Shown here one piece after another: positions 1-13,049 of a DNA stretch of 64,000 nt. Origin of the DNA: Lama glama (lineage: Eukaryota); contig CM052816.1 of assembly GCA_028534125.1 (NCBI GenBank), positions 30,754,001-30,818,000 on the forward strand. Reading direction: 5' to 3'. Each line of letters starts with the position of its first letter. Position 1 is the stretch's first letter. The notes beneath the pieces are model-generated. The model saw only the letters and a list, made by a program, of their open reading frames with translations. It searched no databases and had not been told where the DNA came from. Both the position numbers and the translations under genes were made by a program.

Positions 1-77
1 ATCATGAAATCTACTGTCTTAAATAAGAGATGGCACAGGATACCTTCCCCGAGGAAAACCAGGATGTGTAAATAAAG

Positions 78-200
78 TGCTGACTCTGTAGAGCCAAATG
101 CATTCGGAGAGGCAGAGAGGACAGAGGATCACGGGAATTTCCAAGTCAGGGTCTTCAGCATCACTCCCTAATTAACTGAAGGAAGTTTCCTTGAGGAAGT
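78..200. promoter_or_regulatory. Candidate NF-kB/ETS/Maf motif cluster (possible inducible enhancer)
   Basis: GGGAATTTCC (133-142, canonical kB site), GGAAGTTTCC (181-190, kB-like/ETS), GAGGAAGT (193-200, ETS/PU.1 core), TGCTGACTC (78-86, MARE-like). Motif evidence only. Confidence 0.35.
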
Positions 201-3200
201 AGGTTTTGGAAGAGTTCAGACAAATCTGGCGACCCCGACGTGTTCTAGAAAGATTTGCAAATAGAATGTTACCTGTCCACTGTTGCTGTCATTTGAAATG
301 TTTAACTAGGTTATATTTCCAATAAAATGCATAAAACTGCCTCGTATTTTAAATGTATGTGCAGTATGTTTTATTGAGCATATCTAACAAGTATGTGAAA
401 ATATATTGGATTCATTTCCATGAGGAACACACAATGCCAGCTTTCCCAATCTACATCATAATTACGGCACAGGGGGAGGATTATAACTGTGGGGGATGTG
501 TTCTGTCTGAGTTTTTTAGTAAATTCCTCCTCAAATGAAATCCTCTGGTGCATCTGTTACGTATTTAGACTTTTTAAAAAACGTAGTTCTGTATGAGCCA
601 AGCAGGTGTGCAGTTCTCTCACCCATGAGATCACACAAAATGAAAAGTTCATGACTGTCCACAAGCTCAGAACAGCATGGGTCAGCAAAGGTACACCCCT
701 TTGCTCGCACCAACTGAGTTTCAAATCCATGGCTCTCGGGGAATTTGTAGGTGGACTAGTAAACCTGGAACAAGAATGCACAATTTGGCAAAAGAGTTAT
801 TTCTGCTTTTCTCTAGTATTTTGACATTGTGGTCCTATTCAGAGCAATGGTTTTGATTCTTGATACTGAGATAAAAGCATGAAAAAGGGACTAACAGTCC
901 CTAGTGGGGTATACATGTCTGTGTGTATGCGTGTGTGTGCATCTGTAAGACAGATATGTGGGCTCAACGCAGTTTTATTTAATAGAATAGTTTCACTTCC
1001 CCTCAAATATTTGTATTTCTCCCCACTTTTCCATCATTCTTCCAATTCTAAAAAAATCACACGGTGCATTGTCACTGGAGCTGAGCTTGTGTCTTTCCTA
1101 TTTCTGTCCTGTGTGGGTCTGCTCTTATCTCTAATTCACCAATTTGCTTATAAATTTTGTCAGTTCTATCAGCATGAACCTTTCTTCCCTAGAGGAACTG
1201 GAGTTTCAGACCATTGGACTACAGCAAGAAGAAACTCCCCCTCGATTCTGAAATTTCATGTTGCTTTTCCTATTCCAGAGCTTCCTCTTAATATTCTTAT
1301 CTCAGAAGTAGAAATTTCCAGAACAACCACATAATTAAAGAAGGGTATGTGTCTGTATTTGTAAGTGCATAGGTACAAGGAAAATGCACCTCACAATACG
1401 AAATTAAACCAACCCCTATCACTCCGCCTGCCGTCAAAATGACCTGCATAAGCTCCAGAAAGTAGCTAGTAAGGGGCTTAGGGTGTTGCTCTGAGGAAAT
1501 CGGAGGTTTCCTTCTTTGTGCCTTTACATGAAACGTCTGACTTTTGCCCATAAAGGAGAGAGACGTCTAAATTACTTAAATACATGGCAGCTGTTAGATA
1601 CAGAACTGCTTTGTGACCTCTTAAGCGCTAAACTCGGATGTTAAAACAACGGTAGGAAATGGTGAAACTGGTTGTTCTGTTGTTCCGACTCAGTGTGACC
1701 TACAGCTGGTGTGCCTCCTTCCTAATAGCTATGTGTGAGACGATCAACACCCAGCTTGCTTTCCTTCTGCAGTCACCGTTGGCTCATTAGGCTTCCTGTG
1801 TTTGAAATAGCAGTCTCTGATTTACTGAGGCAGCACGTAAGTAAGCACCCTCCACCACACCAACTCCCAGAACACTTTCCAAACATCTGTAAAGGAATTC
1901 CGTAACTAGTGATTCATACAGCCACATCTGGGGGAGACCTCAGTTCATCTTTAATAGCACATAATCATCACAGAGCAAAGTCCTTAGGAAATTAGAGTAG
2001 GAACCAGAGAGACACATCAAATTTCATATTTTAATAGAAATTAAAAGTTCGCACTGCTGTTTAAAACTGGGGCTGGTGTCCCTCGTATTTCCCAGGCAAC
2101 TGAGAATCAGTAATTGATCTCTGGTATCTCAAAGAAGATCTGATGAAAAGAGAGAAGTGACCACTAGTGATTCTGGGCTATTGGAGGTAATTTGTCCAGA
2201 GAAATGTGTTCAAGAGGTACTTCTGCTGCCATCATGGTTCTATTTCTGGCTTCAGAATCAGTATTTCAAAATTATAGACATATAAATGTCCCATTGTTAG
2301 AGATATGTCATAAGATAAAAGAACTTCAGAGACCATGCTGTCCTTTGCCTCTTACTGTGCTGAGCATTGGTCCCCGTAAGTCAAAGAAAAAAATAGTAAA
2401 GCTAGTTAGCATTTGATTATTATTTTTATTACACATCATCATGTCTATTCGGCACAATGTTCTTTATTCCCCTGTTCCTACCCTTAGAGGGTTAACTACT
2501 AAGGAACAGAGGGATATTCAAAAAAAATACAAAAGCAATAAAAGTCAAAAGTAGAAGAGATAAACATGGGGCTCATTTTTTTAAATTGGGAGTTTGGGTT
2601 TAAAGGAAACTAAATATACTCTAAGCACCAAAAGCTATTAGCTCTGTGTTAATTTTTATTCATTTTAAATATTTTTGTGTCTTATTTCATTCTTCATTCT
2701 TAAATTGAGATAGTAAGATATTGACACTTAAACAAAATTAAATGGCCCAAACTAATACGGACTTTAAACTAGTGTGAGAATAGGAAACGGTTAGAGAAGA
2801 GATACAAAAACAAAACAAACAAACAAAAAAAAAACTAAACACATCACATAGGGTAGAAAGGAAAGTTGCATGAAAAATGAAGAGAAGACACAGCAAGACA
2901 TTAAAAAGTGATTTGTTTTTTATGTTTCACTTTTCTTCATTGGAGGTTAGAATGATTCCTAATGAAAGGAGAGAGAGAGATACAGAGATAGATGAAGAGA
3001 AAGAGGGTCGGGCAGGGAGACTGTTGGTAAAACACGCAAGTTAAAATGTCAAGATATAGACAGGATAGTCTAGAAGGGAAAAAAGGAGGAGAGTGCATTG
3101 CATCTTAAACCAGACAGCTGCTGGATATTGGAGCTACGTCTTAGGAAAGTGCTCAGTGAAAATAACTGAAGATGGAAAACAATGTGTCTTTTGAATCTTG

Positions 3201-4100
3201 CCTTGATGCTGTTACTATATAGCACTTTGGAAGAAAAATATTGTGTAAATTTACTAAATAAATGAAGCCTTGGCAATGTATTTAAATTGTGTTGAAAACC
3301 AAAGCACTTCAGGATGCAGAGTAGTATTAAATCAATAAAGTGAACTTTGCTACGTATAAATATATGCTATTCACATAGGTCATTACCCGAACTTCACAAT
3401 GATATTCTGATTAATAGTGCATGGAGTAGATCTCCCAGATGCCAGCCAGATGGTCAAAGAAAACTAATGTTGTTTGACTTAAGGAAAAAAGTATAAATCA
3501 TATGTTCTCTGACATACATAATGGAACAAATGGAAAGCATCCCATGTGAATTCCATACTTATTTTACAGTTCTACTGAGATTTAAAATGAGAGAAAAATG
3601 CTATATAATTTCTAGGTCCACATAAAAAGAGAAAAAAAATGCTATTTAAATAGAGGCAATGAGCATAAATGGTTAAATAGACTCATTATAATTTCACAGT
3701 ATTTTGGGGTTTTGGTAACACTTTCCTCCTAAAAGATAATCAATGATATTTTGCAACCCACCAATGTTTGAAGACATCTCAAAAAGTGCAAATTAGCAGA
3801 TCAGCAATAGAAGGAAGAAAATTTCAGTTCCCAGTGACACAAAACTATGGTTCCAGATATGAAGGGATGATTTCTAAATTTTGAATTATCAAAGGTTTTT
3901 AAGGTTCATCAGACACTGAGTATAGAAACACAATGTATCAAAATATATACCCATAATATTAAAAAATAACATTTTCCTTTTGCTTACAGTTACTGCAAAT
4001 GATTGGAAACTAAGATGTTTCTTTTTCAAAATAAATTTCTACTGTGATAGGCTTGCCTGATGCCATGATCATTTGTAGTTACTAGGTTATAATAAGCATA

Positions 4101-4350
4101 CAGCTGACCCTTGAACAACTCAGAGGTTAGGAGCACTGGGCATCTACACAGTTGACAATCCACAGATAACTTACAGTCAGCCCTCCATATTCAAGGTTCC
4201 TCCTTGTACTTACTTCCTCAGTATCTGCAGTTCCATATCCATGAATTCAACCAACCTGGATCATGTATTAGTGTATATTTACTACTGAAAAAAAATCCAA
4301 GTTTAAATGGACCCACATAGTTCAAACCTGTGTTGTTCAAGGATCAACTG
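4101..4350. mobile_element. Tigger2-family non-autonomous DNA transposon (MER8/Tigger2a-like MITE)
   Basis: Terminal inverted repeats CAGCTGACCCTTGAACAAC ... GTTGTTCAAGGATCAACTG; preceded by TA (4099-4100) and followed by TG (decayed TA TSD); 250 bp. Confidence 0.85.
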
Positions 4351-4445
4351 TGGATAAAAGCTACCAGTTCAAAATTTTTTTAAAAAAAATTAAAAGGAAA
4401 GACAAGGATAAAAAGAATACTCTTTAAGAAAAGAGAAAGGAAACC

Positions 4446-4641
4446 CAGTGGTAAGCTAGTAAATTTTTAACTGGCCATCAGAAAAAAGGGGGAAAAAAAA
4501 AGGCTTGATTCATTGTGTTTGCCATTTCCCATGGTATAAATACTCCCAGTGTGGTCAATTTCATGCTATTAATGTGATGTCCATGAACACACAGTAGGGA
4601 AAGAAGATTTGCTCTCGTGAGCTCTGGCTCCAACATACTAT
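4446..4641. mobile_element. MER63A-like hAT-Blackjack DNA transposon
   Basis: Ends CAGTGGTAAGCTAGTAAAT ... GGCTCCAACATACTAT and internal TTTGCCATTTCCCATGGTATAAATACTCCC resemble the recalled MER63A consensus. Confidence 0.7.
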
Positions 4642-7029
4642 CAAAAAAACATCCTATTTGCTCATAGAGTGGAGCCAACAATCTCCTGTTAAAGGTTAAG
4701 ATTTTTTCCAACCCGGGTTGGCAGATAGCAGCTTGAGTAGGTAGCTAGACATATTTGTATAATAAAGTATGCTGTGGTTTTGTTGATTCTGTAACAAGGA
4801 ATGCTGTGGGGTGCAGTATTCCTGTTATTGTGATGAGGAAATCTGTTACGGTACGCTAAAGCAAAATGGAAGGCTGCAAAAGATAGGCCTCAACAATGGA
4901 TTATGTCTATCATTTGACCAATAGACTGGATTTTAGCAGTCTGATATTACATTTGCAGCTAAACTGATCAGGATCTGCCGTCTATATTGTGAACTTATAT
5001 CTCCCCTGTTTCCTTTCCTTTCTTTCTTTTTTTGGGGGGGAGGGGGCTTACAAAAAATAAATGTAAGATGGTCCATATTTTACTCTTATATGTAGACAGA
5101 TTTCACTGAATGAGAAGTTAAATAGTCTATTCTACTCTATTTTATAGTAGGCCGTGGTATGCTATTATTTTATATGTATTTACTGTGATCCTACTATGTG
5201 CCTAAATTCTTCTAACCAGTATAGGATAAACAGATAGGATAATAAACTGTTCTTCTAAAAACTTAGAATGTTAATTATTACATAATGTGTGGTAACAAGA
5301 AACTGATCAAGTACAAACAAGAATTTGGACTGAGACGCCAAAAAAAAAAAAAAAGACTATTTTGTATCTTCCTTCTTAAAGTACAAGTAGATAATACTTT
5401 TATATATTAGAGCACAGAAACTAATCTCATTCCTACGAGTTTTGTCAAGTAGTTTTCATTTAAGTTTAAAACACTGTATCAGATTTAATCTATTAAATGA
5501 AACTGTGTCTCAGCCTTGTCTTCTTCATGATACCTACATGCTCAACACATAGGTCATAAACTGAAATACAATATTAAAGAATTAGAGAATTTTAGTAATT
5601 TTTAAAATGTCTACTCACATTATTAAACTAAGTCTTAGAAAATATAAACTTTCCTCAGTTCCACATATTGACAGACTTGGAAATTATACTTTCAGTAACC
5701 GAGAAACAAAGATGGGTTGACCTCCCATGATATCTTTTGACAGATACCAAGGCTTTTTAGCATCAAGTTAGACTCAGTGGGTAAAAGAGAGGAAACAAGT
5801 GTAGTATCTGGGATAGTCATCATTTTTCTCCATCTTTAGTTTCTCTGGCATGAACTCTTAAGCTAGGAGCCCCTTTTCTTCCTTGAGATTTATAACATTT
5901 CGTAACACTGTATGAATTACAAATCAAGATGTACTATAGGAATGACATAGTATTGATTTCCTAAGACTAGAAGCATCAATCTCACTCACAAAGACTTTCA
6001 GAAATAACCTAATTCTTTTATTTCTGGCATGTTTAAATGTGAATAAGCTTGTGTCACGACCTCTCTTTACAACCATTTGTGTATTTTTCTTCACAATACA
6101 TCAGTGTTCCTGGCTTCAGCCCATCTCACTACAAGACACTACATTATAATGATATTTCTTTTAGCTGCCTTTAAAATTCTGGTTGGTTCATGATCCAGTA
6201 TGCTTTGCCAAAAAGTACTATAAATTTTGTAATAAGGGTATCTAGCTATGATATACAAAGTTAACATGTTACTTGTGAATTTTATTTTCATAATAACAAA
6301 TTAATCTGCACTATTAAATGCTGAAGAGACAGATAAATGGCGAACTAGGATACTGTGTACAGAATTCCACAGGAGGCTGGCTCTTGTGACTAAAACTTAA
6401 TGCTTTGCATTGGAAAGTTCCATTGAGAAAGTTGTGAAGAACATAATTAATGCATATATAGCTTTTTAAGTATTTAGGGAAGACCTTAAATAGTAACTGA
6501 TTCAAAGCCCTCATTTTTAAGTAATAAAGTTGTGTGCCTCAGTCAAGACAGAGGTCTCCAGTCTTCCTGACTCTAATGTTGTTCTCTGAGCCACACTGGC
6601 TCCCTAATATTCTCTTTGCAGAAGGAGCTGTGTGGGATTCAGTCTTTACACAGACTCTCTGAGGGGAACAAAGACAACTTGGCTCACTTCTTCCAGCAGT
6701 CTTACAATTACAAGTTCAGCTGTGCAAACCCAGTGCTTCTCAGAATGGAAAACAGAAAAACCAATGGGAATTTTCACTCTCTTGGACTCAGTCTTCTTTC
6801 AGACTTGACAAAGATCCCATCTGCTAACTTTGGGACTATAGTGCACAAGTTTTCAGGAGTGACGTTGCTGACAACACTTTGTGCCTCTGATATTCTGCTG
6901 TGTGCATAAGAGAAAAGAGGAACTTGTCACTTGCAGTTACCTCTTGACAGGGAAGAGTGCCATAGTGCACATCCCACTAACTGAGATTCCTCTAATGAAC
7001 TTGTCTATTAATAAAAAAAAATTGTAAAA

Positions 7030-7191
7030 AACAAATTTCTTCCGTATAGCATAGGGAACTATATTCAATCTTACAGTAATCTATAATGAAGAATATGAAA
7101 ACAAATATATGTATATGTATATATATGACTGAAACATTGTTATATACCAGAAATTGACAAATTTGTGGCTATACTTCAATTTTAAAAAAAA
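7030..7191 (+). mobile_element. Short 5'-truncated young L1 3' end (camelid/artiodactyl type)
   Basis: GTATAGCATAGGGAACTATATTCAAT...GACTGAAACATTG...CCAGAAATTGAC...TATACTTCAATT then an A tail; homologous to the copies at 27730-27953 and 52400-52570. Confidence 0.85.
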
Positions 7192-7429
7192 GCAATTGTG
7201 AATTATGAATGCTTAGTACTTTTAGAGAATATGTCTTTAATTTGACCATCAAATTGGTTTCTTGCTCACACAAAAGAACTGAGATTATGAAGGGGGCACT
7301 GAGGGCATTCATAAAAGAAGATCAAATTCTCCTACTGCACATTTTGCTTTGAATCTGTCCATTGATTATTTAATGGGTGCTGAAAATTATTTTGTGTACA
7401 ACTTGGGAATCTGGAGAGTTACATTGGGC

Positions 7430-7580
7430 TTGTTACTGAAACATTCTAAACCTCCTTGCTTCTTATTCATAAAATAAATCCATAAAAATATTCACTGTAT
7501 ATGTTACTATGAGTAGTCAATGAGATAAGTCATATAAACTACTTAGAATAGTTTTTGGAATACGTATATTCTCATATGAA
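7430..7580 (+). mobile_element. Degraded MIR SINE
   Basis: Similarity to the MIR core and 3' half (…CTTATTCATAAAAT…AATGAGATAAGTCATATAAACTACTTAGAATAGT…). Confidence 0.5.
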
Positions 7581-8304
7581 CCTTGATGATGGTGATGATG
7601 TAATGAGGATCATGACTGATATGCCAATACCTGAAGTAAAGTGTGCAGGCTGAAATTGTCTTAATTCCCACATGTAATATGTGATCATGTTTGCCAATAA
7701 ATTTACATAATTGAATTTCTTTTACAGAATGAATAAAATTGAACTAGGCTATGTTGCAAAGGTGCAACTTGCAAAGCTGAGATTGTGAAAGTAAACATTT
7801 ATACCAACAAGCCCTGTACCCTAATAATTATAGTGGTAAATAAAAATATAAATAAAATATTCTCTGTATGCATTACTACTAATTTATAAATCAATTATGT
7901 TGTTTTAGATGGCGGAATTTGTCCCATGTGGGTAATACAACTCCTTTTCCAAATCCTTAAATGCACGAATCTGTAGAGAAGGACATACCTTAAAAGCAGC
8001 CTACACCCTTTCAATTTTCTATACTTTATCCTCTCCCCTGAAACCTGGCCCTAACCCAGTGAAACATTTAATGGAGCAACTCAAAATTGATAGTCAAATG
8101 AACCAAAAGACCAAATTCAGTCTCCCCACAGGAAACTAAAATTTTGAAAAGGTGACAGGTGAATTATTTCATTCTCCATTGCTTCAAGTTTCTGAAAATA
8201 TATTTATTGTTTTCAATAGCGGCAGCCTTGGCCAGAAAGTTAAAAGTTTCTTCAGGGATTTAGATGACCATGAACAAACATTTCAAATCAGATCAACAGT
8301 CCTA

Positions 8305-8450
8305 CATTTCTTCTCAAAGGCCCAAATGATATCCCATGTGGCAGAGCAGGCTGCTTCACTAAAAGGATGGTTCTTATTCCTAACGAAAAGATACAGTAAT
8401 GAAGCTATTTCTTCCCACTGTACTACCTCCTCCTCAAAGGAACACCTTCA
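8305..8450 (+). repeat. Copy 1 of a diverged ~145 bp local direct repeat
   Basis: Aligns by eye to 9217-9355, with an identical core ACAGTAATGAAGCTATTTCTTCCCA. Confidence 0.9.
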
Positions 8451-9029
8451 AGCTTGTTGGGCTTAGAAATGGTCTTAAATAATGGTCTCTATGGTTTTCG
8501 TGCACTGATTTTAGGCAATGTCTTTAATTTTAAAACTATTTTTAAGAGAGAGAAAGCAACACATGCCAGTAAATGCTCAGATCAGACCCACAGGTGCTCT
8601 TACGCAGCTATTCAATGTGCCGTGCTCTACCAAGAGCTACCACCTCCAGTGGAAAGAAGCTGTACTGCTGCCACTTTCTTCAGCCCACCAGGCCGCCCGA
8701 CTTGATGTGGCCTCCAAGGCACATGATTTTGCTACACATTCGATAAAACGTAAAATGTGTATGAAAGGGAACAGATCATTTGGTTGCTCAATTTTTCATC
8801 TGTTTTTCTTTTACAGCATTTTCACCCTTTTGCTCATTCACCAATTCTATCACATAGCTCAGGTCTCAGGTCTTTTCCTGGCCAGTGTATTTAAAGTTCT
8901 ACTCCTTTTAACCTTGTCACTGTCTAATTTAATTTTTCCCAGTGGAAGTTACAGTTACGTAAAATTATCTTGTTCAATTATTTTATTTTTTATTTCATTA
9001 TCTTTCATTTCCTTTTTTTACAGTCTTTA

Positions 9030-9140
9030 TAACTTTATAAACCCCTTAAGAGCAGGGGCATTATGTGTTGTTTTTTTTTTTCCATTGCTCTGTGTCAGCA
9101 TCTTGAAAACTGCTAGGAGATGCTAAGTAACTATTTGCTA
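9030..9140 (+). mobile_element. L2 LINE 3' end
   Basis: TATAAACCCCTTAAGAGCAGGGGC...GGAGATGCTAAGTAACTATTTG resembles the L2 terminal motif. Confidence 0.55.
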
Positions 9141-9156
9141 TCTACCAAAGATTTGA

Positions 9157-9207
9157 TATATATATACACACACATACATACACCTACACACACATACACA
9201 CACACAC
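9157..9207. repeat. Compound (TA)n(CA)n microsatellite
   Basis: Directly visible. Confidence 0.9.
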
Positions 9208-9216
9208 TCTGTCATG

Positions 9217-9355
9217 CATTCCTTCACAAAGGTCCAAACGATATCCCATGAGACAGCAAGCTTCTTCCTTGAAAGAATAGTTCTTATTCCTCAAGACACA
9301 GTAATGAAGCTATTTCTTCCCATTATATTACTTCCTGCCCAAAGGGACACCTTCA
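9217..9355 (+). repeat. Copy 2 of the diverged ~145 bp local direct repeat
   Basis: Aligns to 8305-8450; flanked by microsatellites on both sides. Confidence 0.9.
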
Positions 9356-9395
9356 GGATGGATGGATGGATGGATGGATGGACAGACAGACAGAC
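9356..9395. repeat. (GGAT)n(GACA)n tetranucleotide microsatellite
   Basis: Directly visible. Confidence 0.9.
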
Positions 9396-9849
9396 AATCT
9401 CCCAAGAGTACTTGCTCTTTTTTCCAGAATGTACAGACTGACTCCAGATTGTAAAAGAAAAAAAGTCTGTATGTTCAAGGTTCTGGTAAAACTTCTACAA
9501 ATCTTTATTCTATTGCATAAAACCAGTTCAAAGAGTTCATGTCATCTGTATTCATGTTCATTACCACAGTGAATTTAAAATCATAGAAATAATGAGTAAT
9601 GATAGCAAATCTCACAATAAAGAGATTTTCTTAATTTTTCACATACGTCAAGTATATTCACTGATATCTCAAGTAACTGTAAAACATTATGTGATGAAAT
9701 AATGTTTTGTGTTTTGGTTGTGTGGTAAGAAACATTTGTTAGGTTTACTGTTGACTTGTAGCAGAATAAAAAACAAACTGGAGTATCTCAGTTTTCTAGA
9801 TCTTCTACCAATTCTGGTTCCCTTCTAAAGTCACAATTAATAATATTAG

Positions 9850-10600
9850 TAAACATTACTTAAAGCATATCCTATATTTCACTATGCTAAGGTTTGGAAC
9901 TGCAGCGACAGACCCTGCCCTTGCACCTAAAAAGGAATCAACAGCTCTTTAAGATAAATATGGTAAATGTTATGACAAAAGTTAAACAAAAATTCTTTGG
10001 AATCATAAAGAGGAAGAACTGTGCTCTTCATGAGAGATCACTTATTCATATATTCATGTACTTCTAAATATTTATTGTGCCAACACTGTATGTTAGAAAC
10101 TGTACTAGGTGGTAAGATCGATATATAGTCTTAAAGAAGATAAGGAAATTACAGTCTAGGGAGGAACAGAGAATTTACACTATGGTCACAGTAAATACTA
10201 AAACGCAGAAGTACACAGAGTACTTGACAGGAACTCAACTCATACTGGAAAATCAGGGAAGGCTTCGGAAAATGACAGTTTATAATCTGAACACCGAAGG
10301 ATCAACTGGAATTATAGAGTGATGGTAAAATGGACTAAAAAAAAAAGTATTGCAGACAGACAAACAACATGTTCAAATATGTAGAAAAGAGAATTTAACA
10401 GGTTCTAGGAACTTAAGGTAGCTCAGAAAAATGGGGCATATACACTTGAGAAGTAGATGAGAAAAGAAGTTGAGGAAATAAGCAGGGGCTACATTGTATA
10501 GCACATGGATAGCCATGTTGAGATGACTATTGAAGGGTGAGTCTGAGTTTACCAAAGAAAGAAAGAATGAGGATTTCCAGAAAGTGAGGCTACATTGTAT
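9850..10600 (-). mobile_element. L2 LINE fragments
   Basis: Reverse L2 hallmarks: AAATATTTATTGTGCCAACACTGTATG, TTACAGTCTAGGGAGG, AATCAGGGAAGGCTTC. Confidence 0.6.
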
Positions 10601-13049
10601 AAACATACAACTATGAAAGCCTTATTTAGCAAAAAGCAATTAGGCCCATGGGCTGGAGTTAAGTAGTTATTGAATAAGTTTCAAACAAGCTAGAGATAAA
10701 CGCATTAAGTGTTACCCCACTTTAGGTCTAAAAGAACTCTTTTTCCTTTGAACATTATCATTTATTGCTTTGAATATTATATATTAAATTTGCACGAAAT
10801 TTCTTTCAATAATATCTTTATGTGAATTTCTTATAATTTAAAATGTAAGCTCCTTAAAGACAAGGACTGCTTAGCATTAGGCCATGAAACCCAGTTGACA
10901 CTTGTTGATTTGTTGATAGATTAGATGGTGAAAACCCAACATTTGAAAATAGTACACTTAATTTCTTTTTTTTCCCATTCTTAGTATTTAACGGTAATAG
11001 AAAAAAATCTCAAGGAAAAAAAAAGCTATATCCTTGCTATAAAAACCTACAAAAAGATAAATACTGAGAAAAGAACAGAGATGAATTTTATTACTGAATT
11101 CCCAAGAATATGCAAGTAAATATAACTAAAATTTCCCCCTAACTTACTACATGTCTATATATATTACATCATTGAATACCCACAAGCTGAAAAGAGAAAA
11201 ATGTAACATACACACTATTTGGTTAATTTCACCTTCTAACTGTATCTTAAATGATGTTGCTATTTCATAAGAATGTCTATACATTATGTTTCATCTTCAA
11301 ACTGACTCCATTCACCGTTTATATTTGTTTTAGGTAAGATCTGTGTAGTTATATGGAGTATGGCTATTTTTTTTTGGTCATTTATATCATCTCTGACTAA
11401 GAGAAATTATTACTAGGCCAATTTGTCATAATTGATGCTATTACCATCAGCAGAGATCAAAATAATCTGAATTATCAGGCTTCATTCCTAGTCAGTGACC
11501 ACATACAGAGTTCATCTTTTTCTAATTTAAATTCAAGCTGTTTTCCCTTTCTCTGTACAAACTTCTTAATGATATTCTAATCTAATTTGCATAAAATATT
11601 TTTCAGCAGTTAAAGATACCTTAGCCAACAGATGGTGCTATGTATATCATTTTTATGTTAGTGTATAGTATTTGAAATATACATATTACAGCTGAGCTGC
11701 AATTTAATTACATTGTTAGAAGGCATATTTGAAAGAAAATTTCTTGAAAATACATAATGCATAAAGCTTGTAAGATATGAGAAAAAATGCAAAGTCACTG
11801 AAGAATGTTTGAGTCAGGGGTCACAGGCTTTTCAATTATGCATTAAGCTTGTCAGAGTTTGGGACTTTCGTGTTCACAAAAATGAAACTTAACATTTGGT
11901 TTGCTTTGGGGTCCTGGAAGTGATCAACAGGACTCCTCTGATGCCAACTCTCTGTCCTGAAAGTACCTTTCTATGAAATCTTCTTTCTGCCTCCAACATT
12001 CTGTTTCACAAATCCACCTTTCCAAGACCACCATATTGACTTTTCAAGGCCCGTCTTTTTGCATTTAGCAAAGAGGAACCAATGATGGTCTTTGAGAAGA
12101 TGAATAAAATAATCTGAGGTCCTGATTTCTTAGTCTGGGCTTCAACTACCATTTCTCTGCAAAAATAAACTTATATAATTCAGCTATATTGACTGTGTAA
12201 GACGTTGTGGCTAACTCACAGTCTAGAATGCAGCTATTGGTCAACATCAGCCTCATGTGCCCCATTTTTTCTGTGAAGTTTTTCTGATCACAAAGTCTGT
12301 AGATGCTCTTTTCCATCTCTGAATTTTACTAACACTTAATATTATTCTATTTACTTTAACTTGATTTTTCATTGCTTTCTGTTGTAAAATTTCTTAACAA
12401 AAATAAACCCAATCCACTGTGTTTCTGCCTTATTGACTAAAGCACAAGTTTGTAGAAGGTAGAGCTGGTAACAGCCAACATGTGAAATCTTCAAATCACC
12501 ATTTTCAGTTGGATTCTGTTCTTTTAGCAGCAGATTGATATGCAGCTCTATCTATCAATGAATTTTCAGTCTTTCTTTCCTCAAAAAAATACACAATATA
12601 CTGATTTTAGCTTTTTGCTTTTACTTACATTGTATAAAAAGTGGTTATAGTTAGGTTTATTACTGTTTTTTTTTTCCCTGTAGAATGTGCCAGGTGGATT
12701 CTTACTGCTCTTAAGCAACTATTTGTGGAATGGAAGGACAAAGAACAAAGAGACCAGAAAATCCCAGATTTTCCTTTCTTAGGAAAAAAGTACCAATTAC
12801 AGCCATAATAAACACAGAGTACTTTAAAATATTATACATAGCGATACACACAATAAGAACAAGTCTTTGCAACGGGCTTAGGCTGTAGCATCCAGAGCAT
12901 CTGAAAACGGTTCAGTTCTCACAATGAAAAAATTTCAGTGGTTATTCTAAGCTTCTTAAACATTTTGTAAGCATTTTCATTTGGCTTGTTCTAAATTCCT
13001 GTCTCTCTGCTGATATTCATTCATCGTTGAGTCACTGTCAGCACACTTT

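Noticed and set aside
6616..6909. ORF preceded by an acceptor-like TCTCTTTGCAG
   Set aside because: No recognisable peptide and no convincing downstream donor.
8518..9126. Longest ORF in the track (202 aa)
   Set aside because: Low-complexity F/L/S-rich translation of T-rich DNA that runs into an L2 end; no recognisable domain.
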